Below, piece after piece: positions 8,855 through 17,096 of a stretch of DNA of 32,000 nt (position 1 is its first letter; every line of letters begins with the position of its first letter). The notes below the pieces were generated by a model. That model was not told where the DNA came from and did not search any database. It saw only the letters and a list, made by a program, of their open reading frames with translations. A program made the translations under genes and the position numbers. The stretch is from contig NC_014972.1 of assembly GCF_000186885.1 (NCBI RefSeq), forward strand, positions 630,001 to 662,000, in the 5' to 3' direction. This stretch comes from Desulfobulbus propionicus DSM 2032 (GTDB lineage: Bacteria; Desulfobacterota; Desulfobulbia; Desulfobulbales; Desulfobulbaceae).

Positions 8855-9442
8855 TCAGGCTCCGGTCCAGGCCTTGAGCTGGGCCTTGAACTGCTCCAGG
8901 GCTTGCCCGTACTGTCCGTCCAGATCAGCCTCCAGCCGGCTCCACTGCTCCTTGAATTGGGGCTCCATGGTTGGGTCGATTTTCATGCCGTCGGCCTTCA
9001 GCCCCTTGCGCATCAACAGCTGCTCGATCTGCATCCGCATCTGTTCCTTGAGCTGCTCGTAGAGCTGCTGGCGGTGCTGGCCGTATTGGGAGGCGATGGT
9101 CTGCAATTCGCGGCACAAGGCGGCAATGTCGGGGGTCCCCTGGTTGAGCTCGATCAGACCCTTGACCGCCTGCTCGATTCGTTTGATACCATCCTCGTCG
9201 CGGGGCAGAAAGAGGTTGCGCAGCAGGGCGGTCAGCATGCCTTTGCGGATCGATTCCCGCTGATCCGGCTCCTGCGCGGCCAGGACATCGGTGAGCGAAT
9301 CCTTGGTGCCGTTCAGGTAGTCGGCGGTCAGCTGCATGCCTTTTTTCAGGTTTTCTTCGTGGCGCATCTCGTCCGGCGTGGCCATGCCCATGCGGGCGGC
9401 CCGTTCCATGACCAGGTCCATGGTTGATCGTATTCCAGCCAT
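8855..9442 (-). CDS. Hypothetical helical protein (195 aa)
   Basis: GAGGAG 9 nt upstream of the ATG. The stop is 1 nt from the aminopeptidase start. Gln/Glu/Leu-rich helical composition. No family recognised. Confidence 0.55.
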   Translation of the reverse strand: MAGIRSTMDLVMERAARMGMATPDEMRHEENLKKGMQLTADYLNGTKDSLTDVLAAQEPDQRESIRKGMLTALLRNLFLPRDEDGIKRIEQAVKGLIELNQGTPDIAALCRELQTIASQYGQHRQQLYEQLKEQMRMQIEQLLMRKGLKADGMKIDPTMEPQFKEQWSRLEADLDGQYGQALEQFKAQLKAWTGA

Positions 9443-9516
9443 TGGTGGATTCTCCTCAAAAGGGTTGGTGGTGCGTGTGGCCCACGAATATAAACACTGT
9501 CGGTGGAAACTACAAG

Positions 9517-10869
9517 TTATGGCCGATGGATCAGGCGGGCGGCGAAAAAACCGTCCATCCCATCAGCGGGGTTGGGTTGAAAAAAACCGGCGGCATTGAC
9601 CAGCCGCCGGGCGTTTTCGGGCAGGAAAGCGGCTGCGTGTTCCAGCGCGAAACAGGGACAGCGTTCGATGAACAGCCGTACCGTTTCCCGGTTCTCCTCG
9701 GGCTCGAGCGAGCAGGTGGCGTAGACGAGCACGCCGCCGGGCTTGAGCAGGGTGGCGGCGATTTCCAGCAGATGGACCTGGGTTTGCTGGTATGGGGTCA
9801 GGTCCTCGGGTTGACGGTTCCAGCGGATGTCGGGCTGGCGGCGGATCACCCCGGTACCCGAGCAAGGGGCGTCGATGAGGATGGCGTCAAAGGGTTGGGG
9901 CCGGGTGGCGGCATACGCCCTGAGGTCGGCGCGTACCGGCAGGGCCTGGGCGTTGTGGCCGAGACGGCGCAAGTTGTCCCGCAGCAGCCGATACCGCCGG
10001 CTGTCCGGTTCCACGGCCACGATCGCCCCGTCCGACGGCAGCATCTCGGCCAGGTGCGAGGTCTTGCCGCCCAGGCCGGCGCAGCCGTCGAGGATGCGGC
10101 AGCGGGCGGGCAGGGGACCGGTCAGCAGGCTGGCCAACTGCGCCGCCTCGTCCTGCACCTGGAAATGGCCCTGTTGGTATCCCGGCAGGGCGGCCACCGC
10201 CCCGGGAAAGGTATCGATGATCAGGGCCACGGGACTGAAAAAGCCGTTGCGTGCCATGATCCCGCTCTTTTCCAATAATGCCTTGAGCAGCGGGCGGCTT
10301 GTCTGTCGACGATTGACCCGCAGGGTCAGCGGCGGCTCGATGTTGTTGCAGGCGCAGATCGCCCGCGCCGTGGCCTCTCCGAACTCGGCCCGCCAGCGGT
10401 CCACCAGCCAGATCGGATGGTTGAGGATTGGCGGCTCGGCCTGGGTCATTTGTTCGGGGGTGGGCAGTTGTGTTCGCTGCCTGGCCACCGCCCGGAGAAT
10501 CCCGTTGACAAAACCGATCAGCCAGGCGGGTTGGCTGGCGGCCTTGAGGGTGTTGACCGTGGCGTTGACCGCCGCCGATTCGGGAATGCGGCTCAAAAAC
10601 AGCAGTTGATAGACGCCGATGCGCAAGGTCATCAGGGTGCGCGGTTTCATCTTGCGCAGTGGATGCTTGGCAAAGGTGCGGAGGATATGGTCAAGGTACT
10701 CTTTCTGCCGCAGCACCCCATAGATCAAGGTTTTGACCAAGCCGCGATCGATGTCGGGCAACTGTTCGATGGCCGTCTGGAAAAGCGGGTCAATGGAGTT
10801 GTGGGTGGTGGCCCACAGGCAGAGCACCTCGACGGCAACGGCACGGGGGGAGGCTGGGAGGACGGTCAT
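9517..10869 (-). CDS. rsmB: 16S rRNA (cytosine967-C5)-methyltransferase
   Basis: NusB-like N-terminal domain, then SAM-MTase motifs 'DGCAGLGGKT', 'DAPCSGTGVIRRQPDIRW' and 'YATCS'. Confidence 0.85.
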   Translation of the reverse strand: MTVLPASPRAVAVEVLCLWATTHNSIDPLFQTAIEQLPDIDRGLVKTLIYGVLRQKEYLDHILRTFAKHPLRKMKPRTLMTLRIGVYQLLFLSRIPESAAVNATVNTLKAASQPAWLIGFVNGILRAVARQRTQLPTPEQMTQAEPPILNHPIWLVDRWRAEFGEATARAICACNNIEPPLTLRVNRRQTSRPLLKALLEKSGIMARNGFFSPVALIIDTFPGAVAALPGYQQGHFQVQDEAAQLASLLTGPLPARCRILDGCAGLGGKTSHLAEMLPSDGAIVAVEPDSRRYRLLRDNLRRLGHNAQALPVRADLRAYAATRPQPFDAILIDAPCSGTGVIRRQPDIRWNRQPEDLTPYQQTQVHLLEIAATLLKPGGVLVYATCSLEPEENRETVRLFIERCPCFALEHAAAFLPENARRLVNAAGFFQPNPADGMDGFFAARLIHRP

Positions 10870-11073
10870 GATTGTCGGTGCACACAGAGAGATTGTTTCA
10901 ATATCCTGAAATGTTATACGGAAAAAATCGGCGTGAAAGCCGGCCCCCTGTACTCTGCCATGGTCGGCATGAATTGCAACGAATTTCCACCCATCGCTGC
11001 CGCGAGGAACTGGACACGGCTTTGTTGTGCCCGGATGTTTTAATGCCCACGGCTCATAGGTTGTCTTTCCTCC

Positions 11074-11102
11074 TTGACAGCCAAAAGCCGGGTAAGGTAA
11101 AT
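11074..11102 (+). promoter_or_regulatory. Sigma70-type promoter for tRNA-Leu
   Basis: TTGACA (11074-11079), a 17-nt spacer, then GTAAAT (11097-11102), ending about 16 nt before the mature tRNA 5' end. Confidence 0.5.
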
Positions 11103-11118
11103 AGGACGACGCATTGAT

Positions 11119-11205
11119 GCCGGAGTGGTGAAACTGGTAGACGCACTGGACTCAAAATCCAGCGGGGGCGACCCCGTGTCGGTTCGATTCCGACCTCCGG
11201 TACCA
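11119..11205 (+). tRNA. tRNA-Leu (anticodon CAA), type II with long variable arm and encoded CCA
   Basis: Acceptor GCCGGAG/CTCCGGT, anticodon stem ACTGG/CCAG(C) with loop CT-CAA-AA, long variable arm GGGGGCGACCCCGTGT, T-arm CGGTTCGATTCCG, 3' ACCA. Total 87 nt. Confidence 0.9.
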
Positions 11206-11213
11206 GAAAATTC

Positions 11214-11254
11214 AAGGGCTTACAGAGATCGACTCTGTAAGCCCTTTTTTATTT
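11214..11254 (+). terminator. Strong rho-independent terminator after tRNA-Leu
   Basis: Perfect 14-bp stem AAGGGCTTACAGAG / CTCTGTAAGCCCTT, a 5-nt loop, then TTTTTTATTT. Confidence 0.85.
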
Positions 11255-11406
11255 GCTTGCATAACCTTCACATGCACATGGAGGCATTTTCCCCTCCCGT
11301 CTCAATATCCCACATGTAAGTGTAGCTGGCGCCAACCTTTCCTTGCAACCGCTTCAAGGCATAGCAGGATGCATCCGGGGTACCTTGATTAACGAATAAT
11401 TTGGTA

Positions 11407-11434
11407 TTCTGTCCCCAAAATTCTGTCCCCAAAA
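11407..11434. repeat. Perfect tandem duplication of a 14-nt unit, TTCTGTCCCCAAAA x2
   Basis: Read directly: 11407-11420 is identical to 11421-11434. Located in the non-coding part of the low-GC islet. Confidence 0.9.
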
Positions 11435-11610
11435 TTTCCAAATCTATTGAATAAAACGCTTTAAGCGGTTCACAATCTTTTCAAGCCACCGGCTTTGCTG
11501 GTAGTGACCGACTGCATTTGACTCAGGGCTACATTCTAAGCCTTGAGGCGATCTTTGTTGTCTTCAATAGTCATGACAATCCAAGCACCTGCTTGGCGGT
11601 ACTCAGTCCG

Positions 11611-11703
11611 TCATGTATGGCGCTCACTTTGGATATTCTTTCCAGGAGCGCATCCGGCAATGAAGACGAGGAACATTGCAAGGCAAATCAGTTTAGGCGG
11701 CAT
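11611..11703 (-). CDS. Possible 30-aa lipoprotein-signal ORF (small lipopeptide or remnant of a lipoprotein gene)
   Basis: MPPKLICLAMFLVFIAGCAPGKNIQSERHT has a hydrophobic core plus a canonical lipobox I-A-G-C. Only a weak SD, and the mature part would be just 13 aa. Confidence 0.25.
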   Translation of the reverse strand: MPPKLICLAMFLVFIAGCAPGKNIQSERHT

Positions 11704-12034
11704 GGGATGTATTCTCAAAGATTTTTCCGGCACCGTGAAGAGAAAAAAAGGACCCTTTTTCTTGAACAGTTGCCGTTTTGGGACCTGTTTTCTTCTCCGT
11801 TTGATTATTCTGGTCATGTTCAAGCTTTCGTTTTTTTTCAAGCTCTTCCATTTCCTTTTCTATTTTTTCTTGCCTCTCCTTGTTCTTCTGCGTTTCCTCA
11901 GGTGTTAGCGGTGTGCGCTCAGGCGGAGATTTAGAGATATCAACCCGCGGCGCTGCGGTGCATGCGGTGTGTCCCAGCACAAATGAAACGGTTGTAAACA
12001 TGGCGAGCAAGCAGCACAGGATCTTGACATTCAT
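11693..12034 (-). CDS. Small secreted Lys/Glu-rich hypothetical protein
   Basis: MNVKILCCLLAMFTTVSFVLGHTACTAAP is signal-peptide-like and is followed by a charged EK-rich region. The opposite-strand ORFs are Phe/Leu-rich antisense artefacts. Low-GC region. Confidence 0.4.
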   Translation of the reverse strand: MNVKILCCLLAMFTTVSFVLGHTACTAAPRVDISKSPPERTPLTPEETQKNKERQEKIEKEMEELEKKRKLEHDQNNQTEKKTGPKTATVQEKGSFFSLHGAGKIFENTSHAA

Positions 12035-12152
12035 TTCCCTTCCATCTCCTCTCATTGCGTCCCCAACACCTCGCTGGTCGCGATTCGATTCATGTTGAAT
12101 GATACCAGTTTGGCATCATTTCAAAGTATTATATCTGTCGATTGAAAAAAGA

Positions 12153-12185
12153 AAACCGGGAAGTGCTGGCGGCACTCCCCGGTTT
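12153..12185 (-). terminator. Orphan intrinsic-terminator-like hairpin (functional orientation: minus strand)
   Basis: Stem AAACCGGGAAGTGC / GCACTCCCCGGTTT (one A.C mismatch) with a 5-nt loop. On the minus strand it is followed by TTTTCTTTTTTC. No ORF of 60 aa or more lies upstream of it on that strand. Confidence 0.45.
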
Positions 12186-12453
12186 CAATACATGCCGCCA
12201 AGAACTCATCAGCGAAATTGATGAACCCCGATCCCTTCATGCCGCATGAAATCACGACTTGAAGAAATATCGAGAGGCGCGTAATTCAGTTGACCGGGTC
12301 GATTTTTTATATTTTTTTCAAAGACGGCACGAACGTGCAGCCGAGGAGCAAGGTATATTGAAAAAGTTGACTGGCGAAAAAAAAGAAACCAGATTCAATT
12401 GATCGGATTCTCGTTCTTGAGGTGCATCATGAGAATATTGCGCTGACCTGGCC

Positions 12454-13215
12454 ATGGAGAAACTCATGGCCAATATCGAAGTTCCTGCTCCTTTCAAGGC
12501 GCTCCTTTCAGGGTGGTCTTTGATTGTGGTCGTTCTCTCGGTTGCTGGGTACTCGTTTCGTTGGAATTACTACTATAATTTCGGATTACAGAGTCTTGTC
12601 CTTTCCGCGCCTCTTGAGAGCCTGCCCGTATACGCGATCGAGATTGCCCGAAATCCCAGGTTTTTCATCGATCTCCTGCAACTAGGATTGGTGTATCTTC
12701 TCCCCTGTCAGCTCACCTTGCTTGCGCTGCGCAGGGCAGCCGATGTCGAGAATGAGAAAATCCGCACGGCAACGCGTTTTGTCGTGCACGCGCTTGCCCT
12801 CGATAAACCGCTCCTGGTCGATGCCCTGCTTGCTCTTCTCCTTTTGATCGTTGCTTTTCAGGCCGGCGGTGAAGCCGGGTACCGGGCCTACCTGACCAAC
12901 GCGGCAGAGGGGACGTCCCGGCTTCCAAAGGTGACCGTCATTTCCCGCATTGACTCCAAGCTGCCGTTTATTGGCTGTAATACCAGCACGTTCAAAAAAA
13001 GTGATCCGTCCATGACTCCCCGGTTTGTAGGAGAGCCAAGCGTGATCGATTCGCTGATGGCCGGCAAGGCGTGTACTTCCGAGCAATGGAGTTGGCGATT
13101 GTTACTCCGTGACGAAAAGTTCGTTTATTTGTTTGCCACAGTCAAAGATCCAAAGGAGCGGCCAGAAACCCTTGTCCTCCCCAATAGCGAGGACATAACC
13201 CTTGTCTTTCGATAG
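12454..13215 (+). CDS. Hypothetical membrane protein (3 predicted TM segments plus a C-terminal soluble domain)
   Basis: Hydrophobic segments LLSGWSLIVVVLSVAGYSF, FFIDLLQLGLVYLLPCQLTLLAL and LLVDALLALLLLIVAFQAG. The alternative start at 12466 (MANIEV) has GGAGA 5 nt upstream. No family recognised. Confidence 0.5.
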   Translation: MEKLMANIEVPAPFKALLSGWSLIVVVLSVAGYSFRWNYYYNFGLQSLVLSAPLESLPVYAIEIARNPRFFIDLLQLGLVYLLPCQLTLLALRRAADVENEKIRTATRFVVHALALDKPLLVDALLALLLLIVAFQAGGEAGYRAYLTNAAEGTSRLPKVTVISRIDSKLPFIGCNTSTFKKSDPSMTPRFVGEPSVIDSLMAGKACTSEQWSWRLLLRDEKFVYLFATVKDPKERPETLVLPNSEDITLVFR

Positions 13216-13223
13216 GAGGAGGT

Positions 13224-13781
13224 ATGAGGCGCGTGTTTTTTCTATTGGTTGTTGCCGTACTGATAGGCGGAGGCGGGGTAACATGTGCACGCGGCGCGGG
13301 CCTTGGTGACAAGGCTGAATCGCCGGTCCCATGCATCGATACGACGGACGATTTGACCATCTGGATCCAGGTGGCTGGAAACGAGACGATGCCACCGCAA
13401 AGGGTATACGGCAAATTCACATCATGGGACCCGCAGACGACAACGATCGGTTTCCAATCGGCGCTGTCGCAAACGATTGAACAGATCCCCCTCAAGTCCA
13501 TTCGCCTTGAGCCAAGCAGGCCGCATCCCGCGGCTCAGGTAGCCCTACCGACCTTGGTGTCGCGCGGTATTGTTTCTCGAACCTACCCGGCGTCCGAACT
13601 GAGCGTTGTCGACGGCGTTCTCAAGTTTCCTGAGTGCCGTTTCATGTCCGGCGATCACCGGCTCGTTTTTGCAGGCGCCCTCACCGTTGCTGGTGGGGAA
13701 ATACATCTTCAAGGCGAGGTGTTCGAGGCCGTACCTCCACGCGGTGGTGACGGGAGGAGCACTGGCCCCAAGGGAGGGTGA
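13224..13781 (+). CDS. Hypothetical secreted protein (185 aa)
   Basis: Strong SD AGGAGGAGG before the ATG, 8 nt after the upstream stop. N-terminal signal-like MRRVFFLLVVAVLIGGGGVTCARG. No family recognised. Confidence 0.55.
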   Translation: MRRVFFLLVVAVLIGGGGVTCARGAGLGDKAESPVPCIDTTDDLTIWIQVAGNETMPPQRVYGKFTSWDPQTTTIGFQSALSQTIEQIPLKSIRLEPSRPHPAAQVALPTLVSRGIVSRTYPASELSVVDGVLKFPECRFMSGDHRLVFAGALTVAGGEIHLQGEVFEAVPPRGGDGRSTGPKGG

Positions 13782-14003
13782 GGCGTTGAGCTTGCCCTAA
13801 GCAAGGGGCGGACCGCCTTTTTGCATTCGAGTAAGCGTTCCTCTGGCTAGGGTGACCGAAGGCGGTTGACTGTCGAAGATGCGGCGGTCAGCACAACCAG
13901 GGGCTCAGACGCACGTTGCCCCGGCAGACGGGCAGTGGTTGGAGTCCTTCTACACGGGTGCGTCGTCCAGGGCACCCTGGGCGCATCCAAGGAAACCTAT
14001 TCT

Positions 14004-16514
14004 ATGCACAGGCATTCACGGCGAATCGCCATGTCAGGACTGCATATTCTTCCCGTGCTGTTCCTGCTGTCCTCGTGTTTCGTCCAGGGCGGCATGACCC
14101 AGGCCGCAGATCGCCAACAAGCCCCAATCCGGACCATCAAGGTGGTGATGGACAACAATTACCCACCTTATAGCTTTCTTGGCGGCGAGGGCGTTCTCCA
14201 GGGAATCGTTGTCGACCAATGGCGGCTTTGGCAGCGGAAAACCGGGATACGGGCCGAACTGACCGGCCTGGAGTGGGCCGAGGCGCAGCGGCGGATGGCA
14301 GCGGGCGAATTCGATGTGATCGACACCATCTTCCGCAATGAAAAACGCGAAAAACTCTACGATTTCACCCGGCCCTACGCGGACATTGCGGTGCCGCTGT
14401 TTTTCCATGCCGATATTTCGGGCATCAGCGGGCCGGAGGATGCGGTGGGGTTCATGGTGGCCGCCAAGGCCGGGGGCAATGTCCTCGATGTGCTCCGGCG
14501 CCACGGCATCACCGATATCGTCGAATACCCCAGCTACGAAAAAATCGTTGAGGCCGCCCGGGACGGCCGGGTCAAGGTGTTCACCGTCGACCGGCCTCCG
14601 GCCTTGTATTATCTGCATAAAATGGGAATTCTCCACCGTTTTCGCGAGACGCCACCACTGTATAACGGGGAATTTCACCGGGCGGTGAAAAAGGGGAACC
14701 TCTCGCTTTTGGCCGAAGTACAAAAGGGATTTGACCTGATCTCCGAGCAGGAACAGCGACAGATCGACCGGAAGTGGCGCGGTTTGCCGCTGCTCGGTCC
14801 TGAGTGGACCAGGACCCTCCTCCTCGGTGCGGCCCTGGTTTGTCTGCTGGTCCTGTGTTTGTTTTTCTGGAATTACGGCCTGCGCAAGGCCGTGGCACGG
14901 CGCACCCGTGAACTGAAGATCAGCGAGGAAGGATTGCGGCAGAGCGAATCCCGGATGCGCGCCGTGACCAACGCCGCCATGGATGCCATTGTCATGGTCG
15001 ATCATCGGGGGATGATCAGCTATTGGAATCCCGCCGCCGAATCGATCTTCGGCTATGCAAGCGAGGAGGTGCTGCATCGTGACCTGCATCAACTCATCGC
15101 CGATCAACGGGACCGTGCCGCCCATCGCGAGAACCTGGTCCATTTCAGTCGGACCGGGCAGGGCAATGCCGTGGGGCGGATGCTTGAGCTGAGAGCCCGA
15201 CACAAGAACGGCCATGAAATCGTCATCGAGCTGTCGCTTTCCGCCATTCGCGTGAAAGACGAGTGGCATGCGGTCGGCATCGCCCGGGACATCACCGAGC
15301 GCAAACAGTTGGAGAACGAGCGGAAAAAATTGCAGGAACAGTTGGTGCAGTCGCAAAAGATGGAGGCCATCGGCACCCTGGCCGGAGGCGTGGCCCATGA
15401 TTTCAACAACATGCTGGGGGTGATTCTCGGTTACACCGAAATGGCCCTGGCCAGGACGGCGACCGCCGATCCGCTGCGCGATTGTCTCCAACGGGTGTAC
15501 GACGCGGCAAGGCGCTCGGCCGACATTACCCGTCAGCTGTTGGCCTTTGCCCGCAAACAGACCGTCATGCCCAAGGTCCTAGACCTGAACAAGACGGTGG
15601 AGGGGCTGCTCGGCATGTTGGAACGGCTCATCGGCGAGGATGTCGAGCTGCTCTGGCAGCCGGGCGCGGCGGTGTGGCCGGTGCTGATGGATTCCTCGCA
15701 GATCGATCAAATCTTGGTCAATCTCTGTATCAATGCCCGGGACGCCATGGCTGGAGGCGGACGGATCATCATCCGGACCGGCAACGTTGTTCGCGACGAG
15801 GGGGACGACTCGCGGCAGGCGGGGCTTGTCCCCGGCGAATACGTGCTGCTGTCGGTCAGCGACAACGGTTGCGGCATGGACCAGGAAACGCTGTCCCATC
15901 TGTTCGAGCCGTTTTTCACCACCAAGGCGATGGGACGGGGCACCGGGCTAGGGCTCGCCACCTTGTATGGCATTGTCAAACAGAACAAGGGAATGGTCGC
16001 TGTGTCCAGCGAACCGGGCCAGGGGACGACCTTCACCATGCACTTCCCCCGATACCGATCCGGGCATGAGGAGGGCGAGCGGGCGGAAGAGGAGAGGGCC
16101 ATGGCCACGGCGCACGGCAGCGAAACCATTCTCCTGGTGGAAGACGAGCCGTCGGTCCTGCAGTTGACCAAGGAGATGCTCGCGCTCCTCGGCTATACGG
16201 TCTTGCCTGCCGCCACCCCGGCGGAAGCCATCTACCTGGCACGGGAACATGAAGGGACGATCCACCTGTTGCTGAGCGATGTGATCATGCCGGAGATGAA
16301 CGGCCGCGACCTGGCCACCCATTTGTCAGCGTTTCATCCCCGGATGGTATGGTTGTTCATGTCTGGTTATCCCGCCGATGTCATCGCCCATCGTGGCGTG
16401 CTCGACACGCATGTCCACTTCATCCAAAAACCGTTTACTGCCGGAATGTTGGCCGCCAAGGTGCGCGCGGTCTTGGACGGCGCTGATTCCGCGGCGAACC
16501 TCGGCAAGACCTGA
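14004..16514 (+). CDS. Hybrid sensor histidine kinase: periplasmic solute-binding (SBP_bac_3-like) domain, TM, PAS, HisKA, HATPase_c, receiver
   Basis: Signal/TM 'LHILPVLFLLSSC'. PBP-like 'IKVVMDNNYPPYSF...FDVIDTIFRNEKREKLYDFTRPY'. TM 'LLLGAALVCLLVLCLFFW'. PAS region. H-box 'GGVAHDFNNML'. 'DNGCGM', 'GTGLGLA'. Receiver 'ILLVEDE...DVIMPEMNG...KPF'. Confidence 0.85.
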   Translation: MHRHSRRIAMSGLHILPVLFLLSSCFVQGGMTQAADRQQAPIRTIKVVMDNNYPPYSFLGGEGVLQGIVVDQWRLWQRKTGIRAELTGLEWAEAQRRMAAGEFDVIDTIFRNEKREKLYDFTRPYADIAVPLFFHADISGISGPEDAVGFMVAAKAGGNVLDVLRRHGITDIVEYPSYEKIVEAARDGRVKVFTVDRPPALYYLHKMGILHRFRETPPLYNGEFHRAVKKGNLSLLAEVQKGFDLISEQEQRQIDRKWRGLPLLGPEWTRTLLLGAALVCLLVLCLFFWNYGLRKAVARRTRELKISEEGLRQSESRMRAVTNAAMDAIVMVDHRGMISYWNPAAESIFGYASEEVLHRDLHQLIADQRDRAAHRENLVHFSRTGQGNAVGRMLELRARHKNGHEIVIELSLSAIRVKDEWHAVGIARDITERKQLENERKKLQEQLVQSQKMEAIGTLAGGVAHDFNNMLGVILGYTEMALARTATADPLRDCLQRVYDAARRSADITRQLLAFARKQTVMPKVLDLNKTVEGLLGMLERLIGEDVELLWQPGAAVWPVLMDSSQIDQILVNLCINARDAMAGGGRIIIRTGNVVRDEGDDSRQAGLVPGEYVLLSVSDNGCGMDQETLSHLFEPFFTTKAMGRGTGLGLATLYGIVKQNKGMVAVSSEPGQGTTFTMHFPRYRSGHEEGERAEEERAMATAHGSETILLVEDEPSVLQLTKEMLALLGYTVLPAATPAEAIYLAREHEGTIHLLLSDVIMPEMNGRDLATHLSAFHPRMVWLFMSGYPADVIAHRGVLDTHVHFIQKPFTAGMLAAKVRAVLDGADSAANLGKT

Positions 16515-16653
16515 ACATGCCTGACCGATCCCGCATCCTCTCCGGCAAGCGCTTCTGCCTGGGTTTTGCGGCGGCACAGTGAAAGAGGAGAGGAGGCGGC
16601 GTTCAAGTCGTTGGCCGAGGATCAATGCGAACCCCTTTTGCGGAGGAGGGTGC

Positions 16654-17088
16654 ATGACAGAGAAAAAGAGCTGGGACAACATTCCGTCCCTGGAAGGTTT
16701 GTCGGTGGATTGGGACTACCAGTCAGAGCATGCCGCCGATCAGCGGCACTCCGTGCGCATGGACGGCAAGGCGGTGTGCGGCCTGTTCGAGCTCAAGGAG
16801 ATCGGGGTGAAAATTGCCACCGCCAGGGAAGCGTATGTCGGCCAGCTGCTCGATCTCGGCACGGGCGGGGTGTCGGTGCGTATGTCGACGCCGCTGGATC
16901 CTGGGGTGCCAGTCAAGTTCGGCTTTTTCCTCGGGACGATGAAGATCCTCGCCAAGGGCGTGGTCAAGCACTGTCAAAACCAGGGCGAACAGTTTCGGGT
17001 CGGGATCGAGTTTGTCGACCTCGACCCGCAGGTGGCGGGCTATGTCGCCGAACTGCACGCCTCCAAGGTGTTTGGCCACCGTATCTGA
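16654..17088 (+). CDS. Stand-alone PilZ domain protein (putative c-di-GMP receptor)
   Basis: GGAGGAGG SD. 'QRHSVR' fits RxxxR, and 'LLDLGTGGVSV' is a DxSxxG-like variant (Ser replaced by Gly). Beta-barrel-like remainder 'FRVGIEFVDL'. Confidence 0.65.
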   Translation: MTEKKSWDNIPSLEGLSVDWDYQSEHAADQRHSVRMDGKAVCGLFELKEIGVKIATAREAYVGQLLDLGTGGVSVRMSTPLDPGVPVKFGFFLGTMKILAKGVVKHCQNQGEQFRVGIEFVDLDPQVAGYVAELHASKVFGHRI

Positions 17089-17096
17089 CCCCCCGC

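Noticed and set aside
11518-11934. Plus-strand ORFs of 138 aa and 121 aa in the low-GC islet
   Set aside because: They are Phe/Leu/Ser-rich products, as expected from reading the antisense of Lys/Glu-rich codons. The minus-strand ORF with a signal peptide is the more plausible coding frame, though itself only moderately supported.
12076-12095. 'TTCGATTC' match to the tRNA-Leu T-arm, considered as a possible distal att repeat of the islet
   Set aside because: Only 8 nt match. Given the number of tRNA-derived k-mers tested, that is within chance expectation. It also lies inside the islet, not at its boundary.
12121-12240. 39-codon minus-strand ORF (MKGSGFINFADEFLAACIETGECRQHFPVFFFQSTDIIL) reading through the orphan terminator hairpin
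   Set aside because: There is no Shine-Dalgarno sequence, and the C-terminal half is simply the translation of the hairpin and U-tract. A non-coding explanation is preferred.
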